The notes below the pieces were generated by a model. It had not been told where the DNA came from, ran no database searches, and worked only from the letters and a program-made list of their open reading frames with translations. A stretch of DNA of 63,755 nt, taken from positions 1-63,755 of the forward strand of contig SIBV01000001.1 of NCBI GenBank assembly GCA_009694965.1, given 5' to 3'. Source of the stretch: Candidatus Zambryskiibacteriota bacterium (GTDB lineage: Bacteria; Patescibacteriota; Minisyncoccia; Phycocordibacterales; DATDWN01). The translations under genes were made by a program, and so were the position numbers. Of the stretch, positions 8,157 to 17,312 are shown in pieces. How positions within the stretch are numbered: position 1 is the first letter of the stretch; the number at the start of each line of letters is the position of its first letter.

Positions 8157-9194
8157 ATGACAGAAAAAACACCGATAACATTTAAGCCTAAGCAAGTTGT
8201 AAAACGACTACTTACTATCCTCGGAGATAGATCTCAGGATGTGATTATGAGTAGATTCGGATTAGAAAATGATACCAAGAGAATGACTCTCGAAGCTATT
8301 GGCAAAAAGTATAAGATTACTCGTGAAAGAGTTCGACAAATAGAGAATTACTCTATAATCAATGTTAGAAAGTCAAAGGAATATACCAAAGAAAAGATGG
8401 TTTTTGATGAATTGCGAAAGGTGATTTCCGATCTAGGTTCGACAGTTTCAGAAGAGTTTTTCTTGAAGCATGTTTCAAAGGATAAAGCTACCCAAAACCA
8501 GATTCACTTTCTGCTTGTTGTAGGGGAAGATTTTCATAAAGAAAAAGAGGATTCAGAGTTTAAGCATCGCTGGACAGTAGACAAAGAGCTATCAAAGAAA
8601 ATCCACGCATCACTTCGAACACTTTACTCGTCACTTTCAGATGATGAGATTCTTTTGGAGTCTGATATGGTTGGAAAGTTTCTAGAACATTTAAAAGACG
8701 TATCTGATAAGTCTAAAAATGATGAAATTGCGAAGAGATGGTTAACTCTATCAAAACTCATTGATAAGAACCCTCTTGGTGAATGGGGTAAGACAGGTTC
8801 ATCAAATATAAATGCAAAGGGAATGCGAGACTATGCATACCTAGTTATTAGACGACACGGTTCGCCGATTCACTTCCGAGAAGTAGCGAAACTTATTACA
8901 GAACTATTCAAAAAGAAAGCTCATGTTGCAACAACTCACAACGAACTTATAAAGGACCCTCGATTTGTTTTGGTAGGAAGAGGACTTTATGCACTTTCAG
9001 AGTGGGGTTATATGAGCGGAGTAGTTCGCGATGTCATAAAAGGAATTATTGAAAAGAACGGTCCGATGACAAAAGACGAAATTATAAAAAAAGTATTGAA
9101 GGAGAGATATGTAAAAGAAAACACTATTATGGTAAATCTTCAAAACTTAAAATATTTCAAGAAATCAAAAGAAGGTAAATACGGTATTGCTTAA
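8157..9194 (+). CDS. DNA-binding protein: sigma-70 region-4-like HTH plus C-terminal HARE-HTH domain
   Basis: MTLEAIGKKYKITRERVRQIENYSI (sigma r4-like); C-terminus YAYLVIRRHGSPIHFREVAKLI...DPRFVLVGRGLYALSEWGY matches the HARE-HTH pattern. Confidence 0.6.
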   Translation: MTEKTPITFKPKQVVKRLLTILGDRSQDVIMSRFGLENDTKRMTLEAIGKKYKITRERVRQIENYSIINVRKSKEYTKEKMVFDELRKVISDLGSTVSEEFFLKHVSKDKATQNQIHFLLVVGEDFHKEKEDSEFKHRWTVDKELSKKIHASLRTLYSSLSDDEILLESDMVGKFLEHLKDVSDKSKNDEIAKRWLTLSKLIDKNPLGEWGKTGSSNINAKGMRDYAYLVIRRHGSPIHFREVAKLITELFKKKAHVATTHNELIKDPRFVLVGRGLYALSEWGYMSGVVRDVIKGIIEKNGPMTKDEIIKKVLKERYVKENTIMVNLQNLKYFKKSKEGKYGIA

Positions 9195-9203
9195 AGAAAA
9201 TTT

Positions 9204-9281
9204 TTAATTTCTAATTTTCAATTTCTAAACAAAATACTTAATGTATCTGTTTGAAAATTAGAAATTGAAAATTAGAAATTG
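9204..9281. repeat. family G word-hairpin (AATTTCTA/GAAAATT words), copy G1
   Basis: TAATTTCTAATTTTCAATTTCTAAAC (9205-9230) is the reverse complement of GTTTGAAAATTAGAAATTGAAAATTAGAAATT (9249-9281, slightly offset). Confidence 0.85.
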
Positions 9282-9300
9282 TTCTAGTATACTTAGTTCT

Positions 9301-10611
9301 ATGATTGATCCATTTATTGATTTTTTTACACTTCCGAGTGTGCTTCTGATTTTAAAAATAATTTATTACACCTCCTACGTTTGGGTTCCAGTTTTTCTAA
9401 TAATAATCTTATGGAACTACTGGGTTGACTATAGAAGAGCTTTGTTTTTTGCCAAGCAGAAGTATGTTTTACTTGAGATAAAGTTGCCTAGAGAAATATT
9501 CAAGTCACCAAAAGCTATGGAGTTTTGTATTGCAGCACTATACAGTACACTAGGAGAGGCTAACTGGTTCGAAAAGTTCTGGAAGGGGCAGGTTAGAGTT
9601 TCGCATTCACTAGAAATTGTATCAATAGAAGGAGCTGTGTACTTTTTTATCTGGTCTCGAAAGGATACTAAGAACCAGATAGAGTCTAATCTTTATTCCC
9701 AGTATCCAGGAGTTGAGATATATGAAGTTCCTGACTATACCTTACCAACATCTTTTGATCCTGAAGTAAGTGGAATGTGGATGACAGAATTCAAACTTAC
9801 TGAGTCTGATGCCTTTCCAATAAAGACATATATTGATTATGGAATGGATAAAGACCCAGATGAAGAGTACAAAATTGACCCGATCACACCACTTATTGAA
9901 TTTCTAGGCTCCCTATCTCCAGGAAATCAAGTTTGGATACAAATTATCATCAGAGCTCATATTGCTGAGGAAAAAGATACCGATAAGACATTTTCTAAAT
10001 GGAAGATTTGGAGCAGTTGGAAAATGGAGGATAAATGGGATTTTATGAAAAAGAAAGACTTCAGATGGAAGGAGGCAGCCAAAACTGAGATTGAGAAAAT
10101 AATTTCAAAAGCAAAAGGAGAAAAAGATAAAGAAGGTAAGGCTATACCTGGAACAGTTCGGCAATTAACCGACACTGAAAAAGAGACAATCAATGCTCTT
10201 GAAAGAAGTATTTCAAAAAAAGGGTTCGATACTGGTATAAGGGTAATTTATATCGCTCCAAAAGATGTTTTTACTATGGGGAATGTCGGAGGGATTGTTG
10301 GGGGAATTATGCATTTCAATTCGCATTTAAATGGTTTCCAACCAACCGGAACCAACTCACTAAAATATAAACACTTACTATTAGCATGGAAAGATAGAAG
10401 TCCTAAGTTGCTCAATGCTGAAAAGCAAGAGTTTTTGGATGCATATAAAAGGCGTGCATATTTTCATAAGCCTCATGTTCGACCACATTTTGTTCTAAAT
10501 ACTGAGGAATTAGCAACACTATTTCATTTGCCAGGAAGTGTTTCTGCTACTCCAACATTTGGACGTATCGAATCTAAAAAAGGTCAGGCTCCTGCCAACC
10601 TTCCAGTCTAG
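9301..10611 (+). CDS. conserved hypothetical membrane protein
   Basis: ORF track 9265-10611; I prefer ATG 9301 (MIDPFIDFF...) because 9265-9281 lies in the G1 hairpin arm; two N-terminal TM helices then a large soluble region. Confidence 0.6.
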   Translation: MIDPFIDFFTLPSVLLILKIIYYTSYVWVPVFLIIILWNYWVDYRRALFFAKQKYVLLEIKLPREIFKSPKAMEFCIAALYSTLGEANWFEKFWKGQVRVSHSLEIVSIEGAVYFFIWSRKDTKNQIESNLYSQYPGVEIYEVPDYTLPTSFDPEVSGMWMTEFKLTESDAFPIKTYIDYGMDKDPDEEYKIDPITPLIEFLGSLSPGNQVWIQIIIRAHIAEEKDTDKTFSKWKIWSSWKMEDKWDFMKKKDFRWKEAAKTEIEKIISKAKGEKDKEGKAIPGTVRQLTDTEKETINALERSISKKGFDTGIRVIYIAPKDVFTMGNVGGIVGGIMHFNSHLNGFQPTGTNSLKYKHLLLAWKDRSPKLLNAEKQEFLDAYKRRAYFHKPHVRPHFVLNTEELATLFHLPGSVSATPTFGRIESKKGQAPANLPV

Positions 10612-10634
10612 AGAGTGTGGATTTACAATAATTA

Positions 10635-11612
10635 ATGGAACAGGAACTTATTAAATTTAAGGATTGGGTGATATCACACAGAAAAACAGTTTGTGTTGGT
10701 GTTTTCTTGATATCAGCGCTATCTATTGTTTTATTTTTTTATAAAACTCCAAGAAATTTTCCTATAGGAGAAGTTATTGCTGTGGACAATGGTAATTCTC
10801 TGCAGGAAATTACTGACACATTATATTCAAAAAAAATAATCAGGTCACCATTTTTATTTAGAACTCATGTGATCCTTCTCGGTGGGGAAAAAGGTGTTTT
10901 AGCTGGAGATTACATATTAGACAAAAGAGAGGGTCCAGCTAGGCTTGCATATAGATTAGTAAAAGGAAAATATCATTTAGAATCTAAAAAAATTACTATT
11001 CCTGAGGGTTGGAATATTTTTCAAATAGGGGATTATTTGGAAAAAACACTTCTCAGGTTCAATAAAAAAGAATTTATGACTCTAGCGAAGGATAGTGAAG
11101 GTTATTTATTTCCTGATACATATTTCATTTCCCCGGTATCTACTCCACAAGGTGTAATAGATAGAATGAAAAAAAACTTTAATGAAAAGATGTCACTCAT
11201 CAATTTGTCTACATCAACAAGGAGTTTGAAGGATATTATTATCATGGCCTCAATACTTGAGGTAGAAGCCAGAACTACAGAAAGCCGGAAAACTATAGCT
11301 GGGATTCTGTGGAAAAGGTTGTCTATCGGCATGGCTCTCCAGGTGGATTCAACATTTCTTTATATCAACGGGAAAAATACATACGAGTTAACCTTGGAGG
11401 ACTTGAAAATAGATTCTTTATACAATACCTACAAATATCCAGGACTACCTAGAGGTCCTATTGGAAACCCAGGGTTAGATTCTATTTTGGCTGCGATAAA
11501 TCCTATAAATACCAAATACCTTTATTTTCTTTCTAGTAAAAGTGGGGGCATGTATTATGGGACAACTTTTGAACAACATAAGAGGAATAAAGAACTATAC
11601 TTAAATAAATAA
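10635..11612 (+). CDS. mltG: endolytic murein transglycosylase MltG (YceG-like)
   Basis: N-terminal TM; EGYLFPDTY, ASILEVEA, YNTYKYPGLPRGPIGNPG motifs typical of YceG/MltG. Confidence 0.85.
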   Translation: MEQELIKFKDWVISHRKTVCVGVFLISALSIVLFFYKTPRNFPIGEVIAVDNGNSLQEITDTLYSKKIIRSPFLFRTHVILLGGEKGVLAGDYILDKREGPARLAYRLVKGKYHLESKKITIPEGWNIFQIGDYLEKTLLRFNKKEFMTLAKDSEGYLFPDTYFISPVSTPQGVIDRMKKNFNEKMSLINLSTSTRSLKDIIIMASILEVEARTTESRKTIAGILWKRLSIGMALQVDSTFLYINGKNTYELTLEDLKIDSLYNTYKYPGLPRGPIGNPGLDSILAAINPINTKYLYFLSSKSGGMYYGTTFEQHKRNKELYLNK

Positions 11613-11675
11613 TCACTTTCTCGTTATATCCTTTTTGGAGTACGGGTTTTCGCTGGTGCAAAACTCCCTCACCTC

Positions 11676-11749
11676 CTTACAGGAGCAGTACACCTTTCAC
11701 ATTTTAATTATAAAATGTTCAAGGTCTTGCGAAGCTTCGCTTCTCACCT
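11676..11749 (+). repeat. family B structured repeat, copy B1
   Basis: CTTACAGGAGCAGTACACCTTTCACATTTTAATTATAAAATGTTCAAGGTCTTGCGAAGCTTCGCTTCTCACC. Confidence 0.85.
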
Positions 11750-11828
11750 CGCCCAGTCGGCTGCGGGGCCTCCAAAAAAGACATAACTTCAACGCGATTA
11801 TTTATTGAGAGTTTTTTGTGGTATAAAG

Positions 11829-12944
11829 ATGGAAATGAATAACAAAGGTAAAGTTTTTGTTGGGGTATCAGGTGGAGTGGATTCATCGGTTGCTTTGGCA
11901 TTATTACAAAGGGAAGGATATGACGTGACAGGTGTCTTTTTGAAGGTTTGGAGTCCTGATTTTTTGCTGTGCGATTGGAAGGAAGAAAGAAGGAGTGCTA
12001 TGAGAGTCTGTGCCACGCTTGGTGTGCCCTTTTTAACCTTGGATTGTGAAGAGGAGTATAAGAAAGAAGTAGTGGACTATATGATACGAGAATATAGTAT
12101 TGGCAGAGTTCCTAATCCCGATATTTTTTGCAATAAATATGTAAAGTTTGGAGTGTTTCTAAATAAAGCTTTACAAATGGGTGCCGATTTCATAGCTACA
12201 GGGCATTATGCGCGAGTACGCGATACGAATGAAAACAAAGTCGACCAACGAATGTCTACGAATAGATATGAATTAAGAGAGTCGGCAGATAAAGAAAAAG
12301 ATCAGAGTTATTTTCTTTACACCCTGAATCAAAAACAGTTGAAGCACACTCTTTTTCCAGTGGGAGGAATGACAAAAAGAGAGGTTAGGAAACTCGCTCT
12401 TGATTTTGGTTTGCCTACTGCCAAAAAAAAGGACAGTCAAGGGCTTTGTTTTCTAGGAAAGATAGATATGAAGGATTTTCTTTCACACTATATAGAAACA
12501 AAAGTAGGAGATGTTTTAAATACGAAAGGTGAGACTATTGGTTACCACGATGGGGCAATGTTTCTGACTATTGGACAGAGACACGGATTTACTATCACAA
12601 AGAAAACAATAGATGAGCCAAGATTCTTTGTAGTTACAAAGGACTTAAAAAAAAATACTATAACTGTGGCAAGTAAGGTTATTGAAAATGATAAAATTTT
12701 TTCGATTAACAGTGTTTATATTTCTGACCTGCACTTTATCGTAGGAGAACCTATTTTCCCTTTGAAAACTAGTGTCCGAATAAGATATCGGCAAGAAAAA
12801 CAGGATTGCACTATAACAAAGGACAAAGATGGATATAAAGTATCATTCACCAAAACTCAAAACGGGATAGCTGTGGGGCAGTCAGCTGTTTTATATGACA
12901 ATCAAATCTGTTTGGGAGGAGGGATAATTGAAAAAGTCCCATAA
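11829..12944 (+). CDS. mnmA: tRNA 2-thiouridine(34) synthase MnmA
   Basis: PP-loop VGVSGGVDSSVALALL; ORF track starts at TTG 11805, ATG 11829 (MEMNNKGKVF) is more plausible. Confidence 0.9.
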   Translation: MEMNNKGKVFVGVSGGVDSSVALALLQREGYDVTGVFLKVWSPDFLLCDWKEERRSAMRVCATLGVPFLTLDCEEEYKKEVVDYMIREYSIGRVPNPDIFCNKYVKFGVFLNKALQMGADFIATGHYARVRDTNENKVDQRMSTNRYELRESADKEKDQSYFLYTLNQKQLKHTLFPVGGMTKREVRKLALDFGLPTAKKKDSQGLCFLGKIDMKDFLSHYIETKVGDVLNTKGETIGYHDGAMFLTIGQRHGFTITKKTIDEPRFFVVTKDLKKNTITVASKVIENDKIFSINSVYISDLHFIVGEPIFPLKTSVRIRYRQEKQDCTITKDKDGYKVSFTKTQNGIAVGQSAVLYDNQICLGGGIIEKVP

Positions 12945-12988
12945 TTTCATAATTTTGCCGTATAGGTTATTTGTGAGATAATCATTTA

Positions 12989-13825
12989 ATGACTACAGAA
13001 AATTCATTATTTATTATCAAATCTAACGGGACTCGTGAATTATTTGATCCTGCGAAGTTGCGAGAATCACTTCAACATTCAGGCGCATCAATAGAGGTTA
13101 TAAATGAAATTATTTCTCATGTGACCTCTGAAATTAAGGAAAATTCAACTACTGGAGAGATTTATAATCATGCCTTTGAGATATTACGAGAGAAAGCGAA
13201 GCCTGTTTCGCTAAAATACTCTATTCGACATGCGGTCATGGAACTTGGACCTTCTGGCTTTCCGTTCGAGGATTATGTCGCTGAGATTTTTCGCGCGCGT
13301 GGGTTCGAGACGAAGACCGGTCAGGTTGTTGAGGGGTTTTGCATCCCACATGAAATCGATGTAGTGGCATGGAATAAAGAAAAATTAATTATGGTGGAAG
13401 CAAAATTTCATAATGAAACAGGTACGAAATCAGATGTTAAAGTTGCTTTGTATATCAAAGCGCGTTTTGATGATTTGAGAAAGGTAAAGTTTGACTTCGG
13501 GGGTTTAAGAGACATTGACGAAGCATGGTTAGTGACAAACACAAAATTTACTTCAACAGCTATTGAATACGCCTTATGTGAAGGGGGGCTCAAACTTGTT
13601 GGCTGGAATTACCCACCAGTGAGTAATTTGCAACAGATGATTACGGAGTCTAAATTGCATCCATTGACATGCTTAACAAGTCTAAATGGACGTGAAAAAA
13701 AAGAGTTACTTCTTCAAGGGGTTGTACTGTGTAAATCGATATTGGAGAGGCCAGAGCTTCTTACTAATATAGGGGTCAATACAGAAAAAATAAAAGCAGT
13801 AATTGAGGAAATAGCCATACTATAA
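12989..13825 (+). CDS. ATP-cone domain protein fused to a PD-(D/E)xK (Mrr-like) nuclease domain
   Basis: N-terminal ATP-cone-like LFIIKSNGTRELFDPAKLRESL; C-terminal FEDYVAEIFRARGF...HEIDVVAW...LIMVEAKF (D...ExK). Confidence 0.65.
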   Translation: MTTENSLFIIKSNGTRELFDPAKLRESLQHSGASIEVINEIISHVTSEIKENSTTGEIYNHAFEILREKAKPVSLKYSIRHAVMELGPSGFPFEDYVAEIFRARGFETKTGQVVEGFCIPHEIDVVAWNKEKLIMVEAKFHNETGTKSDVKVALYIKARFDDLRKVKFDFGGLRDIDEAWLVTNTKFTSTAIEYALCEGGLKLVGWNYPPVSNLQQMITESKLHPLTCLTSLNGREKKELLLQGVVLCKSILERPELLTNIGVNTEKIKAVIEEIAIL

Positions 13826-13826
13826 A

Positions 13827-14429
13827 ATGAAGATAAAAAAAGTAAAGGAACTAAGTATAAAAAAAATTGCTAATTTTCTTTTTGAAGTAGGTATGCTTTC
13901 AAAAACACCAAGGAGTGGCTTTCACTTTCTCGGAACAGGAGAGCAGTCAGTCGCTGAACATATCAATCGAACCTCATTTATTGGTTACGTATTGGCCCAA
14001 ATGGAACCGGGAATCAATGTTCTTAAGGTTTTGAAGATGTGTCTTTTTCATGATATTTCAGAAACTAGAATCTCAGATTTGAATCATGTGCACCAAAGAT
14101 ATGTTGAAAGAAAAGAACACAGTGCTGTAAAAGATATTTCTGACTCAATACCTTTTGGAAGAGATATTTTTGATACCCTTCATGAATACGAGAAAAGAAA
14201 GTCTAGAGAAGCAATGGTTGTAAAAGATGCAGATACGTTAGAGTGGTTACTCGCATTGAAGGAACAAGTTGACACAGGTAACACTAGAGCATTGGAATGG
14301 ATGCTTGATGGTGTGAAAAGATTAAAAACTGATAATGGAAAACTTTTAGCAGAAGCTATTATGGAGACAAATTCAAATGATTGGTGGTTTCCAGAAGACT
14401 CAGTTATTAAAAATAAAAAATATATTTAG
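13827..14429 (+). CDS. HD-domain phosphohydrolase (YfbR-like 5'-nucleotidase family)
   Basis: SVAEHINRTS...CLFHDISETRISD (H...HD...D); start 2 nt after the upstream stop. Confidence 0.75.
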   Translation: MKIKKVKELSIKKIANFLFEVGMLSKTPRSGFHFLGTGEQSVAEHINRTSFIGYVLAQMEPGINVLKVLKMCLFHDISETRISDLNHVHQRYVERKEHSAVKDISDSIPFGRDIFDTLHEYEKRKSREAMVVKDADTLEWLLALKEQVDTGNTRALEWMLDGVKRLKTDNGKLLAEAIMETNSNDWWFPEDSVIKNKKYI

Positions 14430-14437
14430 CAGCATTT

Positions 14438-14473
14438 ACTTTATGAACTTTATAACTTTCAAACTTTATAACT
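14438..14473. repeat. family F word repeat (ACTTTATAA words), copy F1
   Basis: ACTTTATGAACTTTATAACTTTCAAACTTTATAACT. Confidence 0.7.
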
Positions 14474-14480
14474 AATTTCC

Positions 14481-15089
14481 ATGTCACATACACTTGAAGA
14501 AAAATTTGAGGCAATGGTTAAAATACGAGATGAGCTCCTTCATCTTACAAATTCTCCATTGTATTCTTACAGAATTGCAAATAAATACTTTCCAGTTGTG
14601 GGTGAAGGAAGTCATACTGCAAAAATTATGTTCATCGGAGAAGCTCCTGGTAAAAATGAAGCTGAAACTGGGAGGCCTTTTTGTGGAAAATCAGGAAAAA
14701 TACTGGATGAGATGTTAGAATCAATCCAATTAAATCGAAGTGATGTCTATATTACAAACATATTAAAGGATAGACCTGAGGATAACCGCGACCCAAAACC
14801 TGAAGAAATAGCCTTGTATTCAACATTTCTTGATAGACAAATAGAAATAGTACAACCTAAAGTAATAGCGACTTTAGGAAGATTTTCAATGGAATATATT
14901 CTTAATCTATTTGGCTTAAAAGATAAATTGAGTACAATTAGCGAAATGCATGGACAGGAGTTTATTTCGACTACAAATTATGGACCAGTAGTAATTTTTC
15001 CTCTTTATCACCCAGCAATTACTTCATACAATGGAGGAAGCAAAACAGTATTACTAGAGGATTTTCAAAAATTAAAAAAATATGTCTAA
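14481..15089 (+). CDS. uracil-DNA glycosylase, family 4
   Basis: GEAPGKNEAETGRPFCGKSGKILDEML motif; C-terminal PLYHPA. Confidence 0.85.
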   Translation: MSHTLEEKFEAMVKIRDELLHLTNSPLYSYRIANKYFPVVGEGSHTAKIMFIGEAPGKNEAETGRPFCGKSGKILDEMLESIQLNRSDVYITNILKDRPEDNRDPKPEEIALYSTFLDRQIEIVQPKVIATLGRFSMEYILNLFGLKDKLSTISEMHGQEFISTTNYGPVVIFPLYHPAITSYNGGSKTVLLEDFQKLKKYV

Positions 15090-16863
15090 AAAAAATCAGA
15101 ACACAATTAAAACAGAATGGAATTTGAAACTACTTTATAAATCCGTTGATGATCCCCAGATAGAGATTGATATTTCAAATGCTGAAAAAGCCTATCTAGC
15201 TTTTGCAAAGAAATATACCAAACGAACGGATTACCTAAAAAATGAGAACTCCCTTTTTCATGCTCTAGAGGATTCGGAAAAATTAAGTTATGAATTTGCT
15301 GATAGACCTATTTACTATTTACATTATGCTCAGGATTTAAACAGTAAAGACGAGCATGTTAGAGCCAAAATGAATCTTTTAGCTCAACGTATTCAAAAAA
15401 TGTCTAATCATATTGTTTTTTTTGGCATCAATCTTTCGAAACTTCCGCAAAATATTCAAAAATTTTTTTTGGTAAGTAAACGACTTTCCAAATATAACTA
15501 TATGCTTCAGAAAACTTTTGAGAGTGGTAAATACACCCTCTCTGAGTCTGAAGAAAAAATTCTTTCGCTTAAATCTTTACCATCTCATACCTTATGGGTT
15601 AGTGCTATTGAAAAACTTGAAAGTAAACAGACCGTTGAGCACAAAGGCAAAAAACTTCCACTCAATGAGGCAAATTCTTTAATTAGAGAGCAAACGACTC
15701 AGAAAGAAAGAGTGGATCTTAGTAAAAAGGTTATGGATAAGTTTTACGAAATTGCTGAAATGGCAGAAAGCGAACTCAATGCTGTAGTGATTGATAAGAA
15801 AATAGATGATGAACTTAGGGGATTTAAGGAGCCGTATGATGCTACTTTACTTTCCTATGAAAATGACAAAGTAGCTATTTTGAGTTTAGTTAAAACTGTG
15901 ACGGACAATTTCCATATTGCTAAAAAGTTCTACGTGATTAAGGCGAGAATGCTCAATCTGAAAACTTTTAATTATTCAGATAGAAATGTTTCTGCTGGTG
16001 TTGTTAAAAGAAAAGTTTCATTCGAGGAATCCTATCGATTATTATATGATCTTTTTTCGCGTGTAGATGTGAGGTTTGCAGATATTCTAAAAACCTTTGT
16101 TGAAAAAGGACAAATCGATGTTTACCCAAAAATGGGGAAGACTGGAGGAGCTTATTGTTCTTCAAGTCATAATAATCCCACATTCGTATTACTGAACCAT
16201 ATAAATTCCCTTGAGTCTCTTAAAACTTTTGCTCATGAAATGGGGCATGCAATTCATACTGAATTTTCAAAGTCACAACCAACCTATTATCAGGATTATT
16301 CAATGTCAGCAGCGGAGACTGCGAGTACCTTGTTTGAAAGTTTTCTTTTTTATGATCAATTCGATAATTTAAGTGAAGCAGAGAAAATAATTGCTCTACA
16401 TGACAAAATTCAAGATGATATTTCCACAATATTTAGACAAATAGCTTGTTTCAATTTTGAACTTGAAATGCATAATACTATTCGGGAAAAAGGTAATATG
16501 TCTAAGGAAGAATTGGCTGGCTGTATGAACAAACACATGGCAAGTTATATGGGTAAGAATGTTAAATTTGTGGAAAAGGACGGTTATTTCTTTGTCGGTT
16601 GGTCTCACCTTCGAAGATTTTTCTATGTTTATTCCTACGCCTTTGGAAAACTGGCCAGTAAGGCACTTTATAAAAATTACTCTGAAGACAAAACTTATAT
16701 AGAAAAAATTAAAACTTTCCTATCTCTTGGAGGATCAATGAGTCCTGAGGATGTTTTCAAGTCGATTGGAGTTGACGTTAAAAAACCAGATTTCTGGAAA
16801 CTGGGAATGAAAAGTATTGAGGAAGATATAAATTTATTAGAAAAACTAGTTAATAAAAAATAA
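15082..16863 (+). CDS. pepF: oligoendopeptidase F (M3B family)
   Basis: HEMGHAIH zinc motif, about 590 aa; overlaps upstream gene by 8 nt. Confidence 0.85.
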   Translation: MSKKNQNTIKTEWNLKLLYKSVDDPQIEIDISNAEKAYLAFAKKYTKRTDYLKNENSLFHALEDSEKLSYEFADRPIYYLHYAQDLNSKDEHVRAKMNLLAQRIQKMSNHIVFFGINLSKLPQNIQKFFLVSKRLSKYNYMLQKTFESGKYTLSESEEKILSLKSLPSHTLWVSAIEKLESKQTVEHKGKKLPLNEANSLIREQTTQKERVDLSKKVMDKFYEIAEMAESELNAVVIDKKIDDELRGFKEPYDATLLSYENDKVAILSLVKTVTDNFHIAKKFYVIKARMLNLKTFNYSDRNVSAGVVKRKVSFEESYRLLYDLFSRVDVRFADILKTFVEKGQIDVYPKMGKTGGAYCSSSHNNPTFVLLNHINSLESLKTFAHEMGHAIHTEFSKSQPTYYQDYSMSAAETASTLFESFLFYDQFDNLSEAEKIIALHDKIQDDISTIFRQIACFNFELEMHNTIREKGNMSKEELAGCMNKHMASYMGKNVKFVEKDGYFFVGWSHLRRFFYVYSYAFGKLASKALYKNYSEDKTYIEKIKTFLSLGGSMSPEDVFKSIGVDVKKPDFWKLGMKSIEEDINLLEKLVNKK

Positions 16864-16864
16864 C

Positions 16865-17287
16865 ATGTGGGTATTTTATGCTTTAGTCTCAGCATTATTT
16901 GCGGCCTTAACAGCGATCTTTGGCAAAATAGGTTTGAAAGAAATTGATTCTACTCTAGCAACAACAGTCAGGTCATTCATTATGGCAGGCTTTCTAGGTA
17001 TTACTGCAATTGCATTGAAAAAGTTTCAAGGCTTTTCTTTAGATTCATTTACCAATAAAGAATGGCTATTTGTGGTGCTCTCTGGAGTAGCCGGTGCATT
17101 ATCTTGGCTTTTCTATTTCTATGCTTTAAAGAGCGGATCGGCTCTGGGAGTTTCGGTGGTGGATAGATTAAGCATTATTTTTGTTTTTGTTTTGGCAGTA
17201 ATGTTTTTAGGAGAAAGTTTTACTATGCCTAAAGTCCTTGGGGTAATTTTGATAGCAATTGGGGCTTTTCTAACTACTATGAAATAG
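16865..17287 (+). CDS. EamA-like small transporter
   Basis: 140 aa, 4-5 hydrophobic helices, single EamA-type repeat. Confidence 0.6.
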   Translation: MWVFYALVSALFAALTAIFGKIGLKEIDSTLATTVRSFIMAGFLGITAIALKKFQGFSLDSFTNKEWLFVVLSGVAGALSWLFYFYALKSGSALGVSVVDRLSIIFVFVLAVMFLGESFTMPKVLGVILIAIGAFLTTMK

Positions 17288-17312
17288 GGTCTCTTTGTGA
17301 CATTATAATATT

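Noticed and set aside
11719-12016. Two minus-strand ORFs (60 and 72 aa)
   Set aside because: They overlap family B copy B1 and the 5' end of mnmA on the opposite strand. These are shadow ORFs.
14494-14718. 74-aa ORF inside the UDG gene, with similar same-strand off-frame ORFs at 28916-29212, 31180-31536, 32244-32498 and 34220-34417
   Set aside because: These are alternative frames of well-supported genes with no independent signals.
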